DNA of 64,000 nt from an uncultured archaeon (GTDB taxonomy: Archaea > Asgardarchaeota > Lokiarchaeia > Sigyniarchaeales > SOKP01), in NCBI GenBank assembly GCA_964508365.1, contig CAZDTP010000010.1, positions 1 to 64,000 on the forward strand. Direction: 5' to 3'. How positions within the stretch are numbered: the first letter of the stretch is position 1; the number at the start of each line of letters is the position of its first letter. This document shows positions 19,429 to 29,021 of this stretch, in pieces. The position numbers were made by a program, and so were the translations under genes. The notes under the pieces are model-generated. The model did not search any database and was not told where the DNA came from. It saw nothing but the letters and a program-made list of their open reading frames with translations.

Positions 19429-20787
19429 ATGGATCATAAATTTGTCAATCCCGTTGAAACTCGTTATCGAACTGAAATAGCAGACATCTTTACTGAAGAA
19501 AAAAAATTAGACAACTGGTTAAAAGTTGAAGCTGTATTAGCTAAAGCTCACGCTAAATTAGGGAACATTCCTCAAGATGCAGCGGATGAGATATTTAAAA
19601 AAGCTAATTTACATTATGTAAATTTAAATCGTGTCAAAGAAATAGATAGAGAAATACATCATGATTTAATGGCTATGGTAAAAGCTTTATCTGAACAATG
19701 CGAGGGAGATGCTGGAAAATACATTCATTTAGGTGCAACCAGCTATGATATTGAAGACACAGCAACAGCACTTCAATTAAAAGAAGCGATTTCGCACATT
19801 ATAAACTCTTTAAAGAAACTAATTATAGCCTTAATTAAAGTAATTGATGATAAAAAAAACCTCGTTTGTATAGGAAGAACTCACGGACAACATGCTATTC
19901 CAACAACATATGGGATGAGATTTGGTGTATGGGCATATGAATTAGATAGGCATATAGATAGATTAAAAGAAACGCTTAATCGGATCACATTCGGAAAAAT
20001 GTCTGGTGCAGTGGGAACTATGGCAAGCTTTGGAGAAAAAGGTATTGAAATACAAAAATTAGTAACTAAAGAGCTCGATTTACATTCGCCGTTAATAGCA
20101 AACCAAATAATTCAAAGAGATCGTCACGCTGAGGTGATTTTTATAACAACATTAATAGGGCAATCTCTTGCTAAAATTTCAAGGCAAATTAGAATACTTC
20201 AAAGGAATGAAATAGCTGAAATGTTTGAACCTTTTGAGAAGAGTCAAGTTGGCAGTTCGACAATGCCCCACAAAAGAAATCCTCATAAATCTGAGAGAAT
20301 CTGTAGTTTAGCCCGATTGTTGAAGTCTAACATAATTCCCGCTTTAGATAATATAATTTTAGAAGATGAGAGAGATTTAACGAATTCTGCGAATGAAAGA
20401 ATAATTTTCTCGGAGAACTTCATACTTTTAGACTTTATGATAAATCAATTAACGGATATTATCCTAGGGGTCGAATTTGACGAATTTAAAATAGAAGAAA
20501 ATTTAAATCTTACTAAAGGAGCGATTCTCTCCGAAAAAGTTATGGTTAATCTGGTTAAAAAAGGTATCGGTAGACAAGAAGGACATGAAATTTTAAGGAA
20601 GGCAGCTATTAAAGCAAAAAAAGAAAATATATTAATTAAAGAAATTTTATATAAAAATCCAAAAATTCAAGAACTCCTTTCTAAAAACGAGATTGATGAA
20701 TTATTAGATCCTCATAAGTACATAGGGAAAGCTCTTGAACAAACAGAAAATCTTCTAAATGTTCTTAAAAATAAATACGCGTTATAA
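19429..20787 (+). CDS. purB: Adenylosuccinate lyase
   Basis: HLGATSYD, GRTHGQHA, GAVG and signature GSSTMPHKRNP. Confidence 0.97.
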   Translation: MDHKFVNPVETRYRTEIADIFTEEKKLDNWLKVEAVLAKAHAKLGNIPQDAADEIFKKANLHYVNLNRVKEIDREIHHDLMAMVKALSEQCEGDAGKYIHLGATSYDIEDTATALQLKEAISHIINSLKKLIIALIKVIDDKKNLVCIGRTHGQHAIPTTYGMRFGVWAYELDRHIDRLKETLNRITFGKMSGAVGTMASFGEKGIEIQKLVTKELDLHSPLIANQIIQRDRHAEVIFITTLIGQSLAKISRQIRILQRNEIAEMFEPFEKSQVGSSTMPHKRNPHKSERICSLARLLKSNIIPALDNIILEDERDLTNSANERIIFSENFILLDFMINQLTDIILGVEFDEFKIEENLNLTKGAILSEKVMVNLVKKGIGRQEGHEILRKAAIKAKKENILIKEILYKNPKIQELLSKNEIDELLDPHKYIGKALEQTENLLNVLKNKYAL

Positions 20788-20789
20788 AA

Positions 20790-21986
20790 ATGTCTAACCA
20801 TAAAGATATTTATTCTCGATTAGGTGTTTCTTCTAAAAAGGAAGACGTCCATAAAGCAATACGACTTTTTGATAAAGGATTATACCCCGGATCTTTTTGT
20901 AAAATCGTTCAAGATGTGAGAAAAAAAGCGGATACTTGTTCAGTTTTTCATTCCGATGGAGCGGGGACTAAATCTAGCCTCGCTTATATGTATTATAAAG
21001 AATTAAAAGACATCTCCGTTTTTAGTGGAATTGTACAAGACGCAATTGTTATGAATATTGACGATATGCTCTGCGTTGGGGCAACGGGTGATTACTTCAT
21101 TTCCAATAATATCGGTCGAAATAGCAGGTACATTGATGGCGAGATTATTAATGCCATAATCCAAGAATACTATTCCTATAGTAAAAAGTTGTCTGAATTG
21201 GGTTTAAATACTGTGGTATGTGGTGGTGAAACCGCTGATGTCGGAGATGTCGTAAAAACTCTTATAATCGACGCATCAGCTTTCACTAGTTTAAAGAAAA
21301 AAGATGTTATTGATTTAAGCAAAATTTCCAGTAACGATGTAATCATCGGTTTAGCTAGCTCTGGAAAAGCAACATATGAAGAAGAATTTAATAGCGGTAT
21401 AGGTAGTAACGGTTTAACGCTTGCTCGACATGGAGTTCTATCGCACGAATATTACTCGAAATATCCTGAGTGTTATGACCAATCTCTTGAAGAACAATTA
21501 GTTTTTTTCGGAAATCACTTACTTTCTGATAAAATTAAAGATTCAAATCTAACAATAGGAAAAGCACTTTTGTCTCCAACTAGAACTTATGCTCCAATAA
21601 TCTTAGATGTACTAAGAAACCATCGGAAAGAAATTCACGGAATAATCCACAACACGGGAGGAGGTCAAACAAAAATCTTGAACTATGGTAAAGGAATTAA
21701 ATACATAAAAAACAATCTGTTTCAAATACCTAAAATATTTGAAATTATTCAAAGCTCTTCAGAAACTCAATGGAAAGAGATGTTCCAGGTGTTTAATATG
21801 GGTCATAGGATGGAAATTTTTTGTGATGAAACTACAGCTCAAGATATAATCAAAATCAGCAAAAAATACAATGTAGAGTCGAAAATTATCGGTTACTGTC
21901 AAAATTCACCATCAAAACACCAGAATTTACTCGAAATAAAGTCTGAATTTGGATCATTTAATTACAATCAAAAAGACATAATTTAG
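20790..21986 (+). CDS. purM: Phosphoribosylformylglycinamidine cyclo-ligase (AIR synthase), bacterial-like type
   Basis: GVSSKKEDVH, DGAGTKSSLAYMY, MNIDDMLCVGA, GGETADVGD, GIGSNGLTLARH, SPTRTYAP, FNMGHRME. Confidence 0.92.
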   Translation: MSNHKDIYSRLGVSSKKEDVHKAIRLFDKGLYPGSFCKIVQDVRKKADTCSVFHSDGAGTKSSLAYMYYKELKDISVFSGIVQDAIVMNIDDMLCVGATGDYFISNNIGRNSRYIDGEIINAIIQEYYSYSKKLSELGLNTVVCGGETADVGDVVKTLIIDASAFTSLKKKDVIDLSKISSNDVIIGLASSGKATYEEEFNSGIGSNGLTLARHGVLSHEYYSKYPECYDQSLEEQLVFFGNHLLSDKIKDSNLTIGKALLSPTRTYAPIILDVLRNHRKEIHGIIHNTGGGQTKILNYGKGIKYIKNNLFQIPKIFEIIQSSSETQWKEMFQVFNMGHRMEIFCDETTAQDIIKISKKYNVESKIIGYCQNSPSKHQNLLEIKSEFGSFNYNQKDII

Positions 21987-21993
21987 GATTGAA

Positions 21994-22968
21994 GTGGTTA
22001 ATATATTCGATGTAATTTGTATTGGGGCTGCACTTGTTGACATGATAGCTCAAGTAGTAAGACATCCATTTGATGATGACGAAGTATTTGTATCAGACTT
22101 AACAATATTATCTGGTGGGGCTGCAGCGAATACTGCTTACGCTTGTGGGAAAATGGGCTTATCAGTAGCTTTCATCGGAAAATTGGGGCAAAATGATATC
22201 TTCAGTAATAAAATAATTAATGATTTTAAAGAAGCATCAGTTAAAACTAGGTTAATTAAATACTCAGATAGCTATAAAACAGGGTCTGCTTATGTCGCTT
22301 TAGATGAAAAGGGAGAAAGAAGGATATATGCTCATAGTGGTGCCGCTAATTATCTATCTAAAAAAGATCTTTTAGAAGAAGAGATTGCAGCCACTAAATT
22401 AATCTTTTTAAGCAGCTTACAAAATATAGAACCCTTATTACACGCAGCAAAAATAGGTAGAAACCTTAATATCCCTGTGATTCTGAACCCAGGTATGTTG
22501 ATCATAGACCAAGGTTTCGATTATATCAAAAACTTATTAGAGAAAATCGACATATTAATAATCTCTCAGAGAGAATTCAGAACTCTTTTCAATTTCAAAG
22601 AAAATGATTTAAGTGAAGATTCGATTAGAGAAAGATCAGTTTCATTGTTTGCTTTAGGAATGAAAGTTATTGTTATTACACTTGGCGAAAAAGGGGCATT
22701 CTTATTAACTACCACGCACGATGAGCTAATACAACCGTTAAAATTAGAAAGAGTAATAGATACAACTGGAGCTGGTGACGCTTTTTCTGCAGGTTTCATT
22801 TATGGTTTAGTTAAAAATTTAAACCTAAAATTTGAACACCTAAGAAATAATGTAAAAATTGGTAATTTTATAGCTGGCAATTGTATACAAAAATTAGGTG
22901 CGAGAAATGGAATTCCAAGGAGAAATGAATTAGAAACTTTTTTGGGCATTCTAAATAAAAAAATTTAA
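21994..22968 (+). CDS. PfkB-family carbohydrate/nucleoside kinase
   Basis: GGAAANTA, TGSAYV, ITLGEKGA, DTTGAGDAFSAG. Confidence 0.92.
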   Translation: MVNIFDVICIGAALVDMIAQVVRHPFDDDEVFVSDLTILSGGAAANTAYACGKMGLSVAFIGKLGQNDIFSNKIINDFKEASVKTRLIKYSDSYKTGSAYVALDEKGERRIYAHSGAANYLSKKDLLEEEIAATKLIFLSSLQNIEPLLHAAKIGRNLNIPVILNPGMLIIDQGFDYIKNLLEKIDILIISQREFRTLFNFKENDLSEDSIRERSVSLFALGMKVIVITLGEKGAFLLTTTHDELIQPLKLERVIDTTGAGDAFSAGFIYGLVKNLNLKFEHLRNNVKIGNFIAGNCIQKLGARNGIPRRNELETFLGILNKKI

Positions 22969-23022
22969 AATATTTCGATATAACTATCTTTTATTCATAA
23001 AACATGTTGGTAAAGATAAATC

Positions 23023-24093
23023 ATGGTAAGACTTGAAAGTCCTCTAAAAACGATATTAAGGCAAAGATTTTATTATCTATTTGAAGTATTGATAATCTTT
23101 CTTGGTATTTTTATTTTCATGTTAATTCCTACTCTTCTGTTGCCATTTTTGATTGATAGCAATTCCGTGATTTTTGAACCTCTTTATTATTTATTAAGAG
23201 CAGCTTTTATAGTCGTTACCATACCTTTATTCCTTTATTTGGCTAATTTTATAATGGAAAAACAGAGAAAAACATTGATATTAGAGGAAGACATTAGTCC
23301 TTCAAGAAATTTTCTTAATCTGTTTAAAATAACAAAAAGTAATTTTAAATTTCAACTCTTATACGGTGTATTATTGCTTTTTTTAATTTTCATACCATTA
23401 GATTTCTTTACATATCTCTTCTCACCTGATATGCTCAATTTTGTATCCGAAGCTCTAGAACCTGCTGGGGAGTTCTCTTTAAATTCTTATTTCAACGAAT
23501 CTTATTATATTTTTCTTTTATCAATTATTCTTATACCTCTTAGTGTTGCTCTTTATGAGGAATCCTTAGTAAGAGGGCTCTTAACCAATAGAGGAAGCGA
23601 TTATATTAATAGAATGTCTGCTGTAATATTACCATCCTTTTTCTTTGGATTAGGACATTTTAGGTATATCTTTTCAAGACCCGTACTAGAATTTCCAATT
23701 ATCTTTCCTATTATTTGGTTTCTACAAACCTTCCTTGTAGGCATCATTCTTGCGATGGTAGTATTAAGGAAACATTGGATATTTCCAGCGATTTTTGCAC
23801 ATACTCTAAATAATGTTATCTCCTCTCAATCAATTTGGAACTATATAAACGGTATTGATTTTTCGTTTATGACCTTCTATATTTACATTCCTTTATTGAT
23901 AATAGGAATAATACTTTTTATTTGGCAATTTTCTAGAATTAGAGAGAGTTTAACAATAGGTTGGAAAGAATTTAAAAGTTATTTTGCCCGTGATGAAAAT
24001 ATCGGAGAAAATTCGTTAGAAACTGTTGTTAGAATTATGATGGATTTTTTATTTGGACTAATAATTTTTTTAGTTGGAGTAATACTAATATAG
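23023..24093 (+). CDS. CPBP/Abi family (type II CAAX) intramembrane protease
   Basis: Multi-TM; YEESLVRG, FFGLGHF, AIFAHTLNN. Confidence 0.85.
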   Translation: MVRLESPLKTILRQRFYYLFEVLIIFLGIFIFMLIPTLLLPFLIDSNSVIFEPLYYLLRAAFIVVTIPLFLYLANFIMEKQRKTLILEEDISPSRNFLNLFKITKSNFKFQLLYGVLLLFLIFIPLDFFTYLFSPDMLNFVSEALEPAGEFSLNSYFNESYYIFLLSIILIPLSVALYEESLVRGLLTNRGSDYINRMSAVILPSFFFGLGHFRYIFSRPVLEFPIIFPIIWFLQTFLVGIILAMVVLRKHWIFPAIFAHTLNNVISSQSIWNYINGIDFSFMTFYIYIPLLIIGIILFIWQFSRIRESLTIGWKEFKSYFARDENIGENSLETVVRIMMDFLFGLIIFLVGVILI

Positions 24094-24635
24094 TGAGTAT
24101 TAGAAAAGAAATGGCTAAATTTGGAATTATTTCTGACACACATTTTACCATTAATGATAAAAATGAGTTATATTATAAATTATTGAATCAACTAGAAGAA
24201 ACTTTCAAAGATGTTGATGAAATTATTCATGCTGGAGATGTTTGTGAATCATTTCTTCTTGACGATATGAAAAACATCGCTCCAGTCCGATGCGTACGAG
24301 GAGAGTCAGACAAAATAACGGGACTAGAGAATTTTATAAAATTTGAAGTTGGTAAATACTCCCTCGGAATAATACACAAGAAACCTGAAAATACAGGAGC
24401 TTTTTTTAAAGAGCATAATATCCATATTCTTATTTTTGGGCATACCCATCAACCACTTATAAAAGGAACACCTTACAATACGCTTTTAATCAATCCGGGG
24501 AGCCCAACTAAACCTATAGCACCACTTCCTAAAAAAGGATTTGACAAACCCATTGCGAGACCAAGCGTTATTACCCTGAAGATTGATGATGATAATATTC
24601 TATCGACTTTTCTGATAAATCTGAATTTAAGATAA
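24093..24635 (+). CDS. Calcineurin-like metallophosphoesterase, YfcE/Vps29-like
   Basis: ISDTH, HAGD, VRGESD, GHTH, INPGS. Confidence 0.88.
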   Translation: MSIRKEMAKFGIISDTHFTINDKNELYYKLLNQLEETFKDVDEIIHAGDVCESFLLDDMKNIAPVRCVRGESDKITGLENFIKFEVGKYSLGIIHKKPENTGAFFKEHNIHILIFGHTHQPLIKGTPYNTLLINPGSPTKPIAPLPKKGFDKPIARPSVITLKIDDDNILSTFLINLNLR

Positions 24636-24734
24636 AGTAAAATTAAATACTAAATAGTTCATAATATATATACATCTTGTAATAAGTTTTTTTTTATAAG
24701 TTGTTTTATAAAAGATTTTAAGGGAGTATTAACT

Positions 24735-25133
24735 GTGGTTAGCCGACTTGAACTTGTGCTTAAAGAATTAAATGAAAATGGAAATTTTAGAGCGTCATTG
24801 TTCTCTACTTCAACAGGATTAGTTTTAGCTTCCCAAAAATCAGAAAAAGTTGATGATCGGGTTGTTGCTGCTATGAGCTCCTTATTGAGCGATGCAGCAT
24901 ATAAAGCTTCTGAGGAAATGAGCTTGTCCCTTCTTTCGAGTTTAAAGATAAAATATATTGAGGATTATATTGTATGCAGAAATATTATTATGCCTGATCA
25001 AAAAACACAATTTATATTGGCAGTTTTATCCAATAATCCTGAATCACATGAAATTGAATCCTATTACGATCAATTACTAGATTGGGCTGTTGATAACGCA
25101 ACTCCCGATTTAGAAAAACTGTCTTCAATATAA
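24735..25133 (+). CDS. Roadblock/LC7 domain protein
   Basis: STSTGLVLAS...VAAMSSLL...A..EM.L pattern typical of Roadblock/MglB. Confidence 0.8.
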   Translation: MVSRLELVLKELNENGNFRASLFSTSTGLVLASQKSEKVDDRVVAAMSSLLSDAAYKASEEMSLSLLSSLKIKYIEDYIVCRNIIMPDQKTQFILAVLSNNPESHEIESYYDQLLDWAVDNATPDLEKLSSI

Positions 25134-25169
25134 ATAAACTTAATTTTTATTAAAAATCTAGTGGATAAT

Positions 25170-25844
25170 TTAAGTCAATATTGATTCATAAAAGTTTATT
25201 ACTTCCCTACTAATCGCTTCTTCAAATCCTTGATAAAAATGATCAGCTCCTTCTATAATCTTGAACTTTTTTGGCTCTGAATAGTAATTATAGTGTTTCA
25301 TAAAATTATTATAAGGTGCTAATGAATCCATGTCCCCTTGAATGAATAATTTTGGACTTTTCGATTGAGAAAACTCTTTATATTGGATGCCCATAAAGTC
25401 CCAAGGAAAAGAAATTGCACAATATCCGATTATTTTTTTTGAATAGTTGATAGTAGAACATCCTATAGCAGCACCGTAGGAGTACCCGCATATAAATATT
25501 CTATCAAAAAGTAAAGTCTGCGTTAAATGATCAATACAAGCCTTAACATCGCTTAATTCGCCTTTACCACTTGTATGTTTCCCTGTTGAATTACCAACTC
25601 CCCTAAAATTGAAGCGCATGCACGATATATCATTGTTAACGAACGAATTAAAAACACCCGATACAACATTATTATGCATGTCCCCTCCATATTTTCCCTT
25701 TCTTGGGATTTAAACCCTAAAAAATTCAGGATGTGGATGACACATTAATGCAACACAACTAGGTGTTTCTTTTTTTATCTGAAAAACTTCGGCTTCAAGT
25801 TTAATTTCATTATTAAGAATAAACAATTTTTCAACGCTATGCAT
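25170..25844 (-). CDS. Alpha/beta-fold hydrolase (COG2945-like), 213 aa after removal of a 33-nt intron
   Basis: Exon 1 from ATG 25844: MHSVEKLF...VALMCHPHP(E). Exon 2: YGGDMHNNVV...RFNFRGVG.S.G...GYSYG (Ser)...QGDMDS (Asp)...GADHF (His). The ORF track captured only the part from the internal ATG at 25679. Confidence 0.9.
25693..25725 (-). other. Putative bulge-helix-bulge intron (33 nt) in an mRNA
   Basis: Contains in-frame TAA (25710-25712); folds as hBHBh; excision restores HPHPEYGG in frame. Confidence 0.85.
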
Positions 25845-25894
25845 AATTTTAATTAATCTTTAATATATAATAATAATACTATTAAAATTCTTTA

Positions 25895-26755
25895 GTGAAA
25901 ATGAGTTATAATCGTATTTTAATCAAAGAAAAACTAAAAAAGTTCTTAATTGAAGACAACTATTTCATCGATATTAGTTCAAACTCCATTCCCAAAGAAT
26001 CTGCATCTTCAGCAACAATCATAGCCAAAAGTGATGGATATTTGTCTGGTTTAGAAGAGCTGGAAATATTATATCAACTCTTAAATGTGAATGTTATCAG
26101 TAACAAAGAAGATGGAGATCAAATCCATAAAGGTGATATCGTAGCGAAAATAGACGGTAAAACAAGAGATATATTGCTAGGTGAGCGATTAGGTCTAAAT
26201 CTTATGAGTCACATGAGTGCAATAACTTCTACAACTCGAAAATTTGTAAAAATAATTGAAGATTCTGGGAAAAATGTGAAAATAGCTTGTACAAGGAAAA
26301 CTCTACCAGGGTTAAGATTGTTCGAAAAGAAAGCCGTAAGCCTGGGTGGAGGAGATACTCACCGTTTTAATTTAGACGATATGGTACTTTTAAAATCAAC
26401 ACATTTAAGATTTTACAAAGGAAACATCGGAAAACTTCTTAATGATGTGAGATCTCAAGTTAGTTTTACAAAAAAAATAGAAATTGAAATAGAAAATGTA
26501 AACGATGTCCTAATTGCCATTAAAAACAAAGCAGATATAATTATGCTGGATAATATGGATCCAGATAAAGCTCAGGACGCTATTAACTTATTAAAACAAG
26601 AAAATTTACGTAATCAAGCCATTATAGAAATTTCGGGGAATATTACTCAAGCAAATATTTTTGACTATCTAATTTCAGAGCCAGATGTAATAAGTACGAG
26701 TGTTCTTACACAAAAACCCACTGAATTCGTAGATTATTCACTTCGATTTGATTAA
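25895..26755 (+). CDS. nadC: Quinolinate phosphoribosyltransferase (nicotinate-nucleotide pyrophosphorylase)
   Basis: GER..LN, CTRKTLPGLR, GGGDTHRFNL, EIEIE, IMLDNM, ISGNI. Confidence 0.94.
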   Translation: MKMSYNRILIKEKLKKFLIEDNYFIDISSNSIPKESASSATIIAKSDGYLSGLEELEILYQLLNVNVISNKEDGDQIHKGDIVAKIDGKTRDILLGERLGLNLMSHMSAITSTTRKFVKIIEDSGKNVKIACTRKTLPGLRLFEKKAVSLGGGDTHRFNLDDMVLLKSTHLRFYKGNIGKLLNDVRSQVSFTKKIEIEIENVNDVLIAIKNKADIIMLDNMDPDKAQDAINLLKQENLRNQAIIEISGNITQANIFDYLISEPDVISTSVLTQKPTEFVDYSLRFD

Positions 26756-26766
26756 AGGTAAAAAAA

Positions 26767-27159
26767 TTAATCTATTATTATTTCGTGGATTGAACTACTC
26801 ACATCCTTAATTTTTGCGATAGATTGATAAAGATCTTTAATAAATCCAAATTCTCCTACTACTAAAACCGTTTCGATTTTTTTCTCGGCAATTCTCCAAT
26901 CACTTATAGCCTTTATTATTGCGTGAAATTTATAAAATAGCTCAGAAATTTCATCAGCTATAGATTCCTTAACAGGATATACGAGGTTAATTGTCATGAT
27001 TCTGTATCCTTCTAAATTCTCGAATTTCTCATGACTTTCTATAAATTTTAATATTGAATCTCTTAGTGCTTCGCTTTTGGAATTAAATCCGCTCTGTTTT
27101 CGAACTTTTTCAAACCTGTCTAGTAAGTCTTCACTAACTTGGAGAGATATAATTTTCAT
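26767..27159 (-). CDS. CopG/NikR-family ribbon-helix-helix regulator
   Basis: IISLQVSEDLLDRF...GFNSKSEALRD RHH plus an ACT-like domain. Confidence 0.85.
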   Translation of the reverse strand: MKIISLQVSEDLLDRFEKVRKQSGFNSKSEALRDSILKFIESHEKFENLEGYRIMTINLVYPVKESIADEISELFYKFHAIIKAISDWRIAEKKIETVLVVGEFGFIKDLYQSIAKIKDVSSSIHEIIID

Positions 27160-27316
27160 TATATAGAATATAAATATGATTCTTAAATAAGTGTATTAAA
27201 TTCTCCCTCATAAATTGTTCTTCTCTTAGGAGTTATTTGGTAAGTTTAAAATTAATGATTTTTAAAATTACCTCGAAGGAACATATTAAATTGATCAAAT
27301 TCTTATCAAAGTTATT

Positions 27317-28147
27317 TCACAAAAATTCAGAGATATAATTAATACTCTGCTCTAAACCCTCCTTGGCTGAAAGTTCTATGATAAGAGCACCTTTATATCC
27401 ATAACTTTCAATAATTTCTAAAATATGCTTAAAATTAATTTTACCTGAACCTAACTGTGGATGAGTATCTGATTCCGTTGTAAAGTTTTCGACAATATGT
27501 ACATTTTTAATAATTTTATGATACCTTTCCCAAAGTAAATTCACATCTCCATTATTAGTATAGAAGTGGCTGGTGTCATATGTGAGGAATAATTCTTTTC
27601 TATTAATAGACTCTAAATTTTCTTTAATATTATCCTGGTCTAACATTATATGTGTATTTTTGGGCATATTTTCAAGACAAATCGATATATCAAGATTTTT
27701 TGTCATATCTAATATAATATTAATTGCTCTAGCTAATTGGATTCTATTATAATCTCTAAAAGATTCCAACAAATAATTAGCCAAACCTGGATGGATAGTT
27801 AATATTTTGGCTTTAAATTCCCTGCAAAATTGAGCAGTTTCAAGATATGCATCTATTGAGGCTTGAGAGATTCCTTTATTGTGAGAGCACAAGTTAATAT
27901 CGATAAATGGGCCATGTACTTGCTTTGCCATTGAATACGATTTAAAAAGATCAAGATATGCTTGTTTCATCTCACCTATAAACATATCTTGCGGATCAAC
28001 AACAATTTCTACAACATTAATTCCATGTTCTTCCGCAGATTTAAAACACTCTTCTGTAGAATGATAAAACATATTAGAAATATTAGTAAATTTATTATCT
28101 GACGCATTTTCTATGATATTCCCTAATGAACTAATACCTAATCTCAT
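27317..28147 (-). CDS. Sugar phosphate isomerase/epimerase (AP endonuclease 2 TIM barrel)
   Basis: VHGPF, TIHPG, CLENMP, YDTSH, NVH, DTHPQLGSG, IIEL. Confidence 0.87.
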   Translation of the reverse strand: MRLGISSLGNIIENASDNKFTNISNMFYHSTEECFKSAEEHGINVVEIVVDPQDMFIGEMKQAYLDLFKSYSMAKQVHGPFIDINLCSHNKGISQASIDAYLETAQFCREFKAKILTIHPGLANYLLESFRDYNRIQLARAINIILDMTKNLDISICLENMPKNTHIMLDQDNIKENLESINRKELFLTYDTSHFYTNNGDVNLLWERYHKIIKNVHIVENFTTESDTHPQLGSGKINFKHILEIIESYGYKGALIIELSAKEGLEQSINYISEFL

Positions 28148-28165
28148 TTAACCCTGCCTCATTAT

Positions 28166-28840
28166 TTATTTAGCTCTAAATCTTTTTGGATAGCAAGCAA
28201 ATAAGCTATTAAACATTTTTTCATGTTCTTCAAGATTTTCTTGAGGGATAGTATAAGGTTCTCCAATTTGTAATGCGCCCCAATAGACTTTAGCCAATTT
28301 TTCAAGGATTACAGAAAAACGAACTGCATGATCTAACGACTTACCACATATTATAGCTCCATGATTAGCTAATATAGCCGCGTTATTTCTTCCTAATGCT
28401 TTTAAAGCACTAACTCCCATTTCATTTGTATGGGCTTCTGTAATTTCAGTACATTGAATTAATCCACCAAGAAAAATTAATTGTTGTTCCATAATAATTG
28501 GAATGCTCTTTCTAAGAATAGATATCATGGAAACATAAGAAGAGTGAGTGTGAATGACACATTTTACTTTTGGTCTATCTCTATAAACAGCTAAATGCAT
28601 TTTTACTTCTGTAGAGGGAATTTTTCCTGATCCAATTACATTCCCATCTAAATCCATATGAACAATTAAATCGGGATTTAATAGAAGATATTTCGTTGAA
28701 GTTGGAGTAACTAATATCTCATTTTTGTTAATCCTAATACTAACATTGCCTTCACCGTCCTCAACTAAACTTTTACTATAAATCTCTTGAGCTCCTTGAA
28801 CAACATTTTTTCTTAGTTGTTTTAAATGATCAGGCTCCAT
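28166..28840 (-). CDS. Class II aldolase/adducin family protein
   Basis: GNVSIR, PSTEVKMHLAVY, HTHS, LANHG. Confidence 0.9.
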   Translation of the reverse strand: MEPDHLKQLRKNVVQGAQEIYSKSLVEDGEGNVSIRINKNEILVTPTSTKYLLLNPDLIVHMDLDGNVIGSGKIPSTEVKMHLAVYRDRPKVKCVIHTHSSYVSMISILRKSIPIIMEQQLIFLGGLIQCTEITEAHTNEMGVSALKALGRNNAAILANHGAIICGKSLDHAVRFSVILEKLAKVYWGALQIGEPYTIPQENLEEHEKMFNSLFACYPKRFRAK

Positions 28841-29021
28841 ATAAATTAAAAGGATAGATTCAATAAAAACATAATTTCCTCAATTTTATATTTAACACGG
28901 ACTCAATTAAATGTTATTTTTAAATCTAAAATTATTAATCTAATATGGTCCAACTTTTTTTATTATATCATTTAATATTCAATATGTCAACCTGTATTCA
29001 CTTTTTCACTAATGATTAAAA

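Noticed and set aside
25170-25679. The track's 169-aa ORF as the complete hydrolase, or the locus as a simple pseudogene
   Set aside because: A 39-codon upstream exon supplies the family's N-terminal strands and HPHP motif in the same frame. The insert length and BHB cut sites restore the motif exactly, which a random insertion would not be expected to do.
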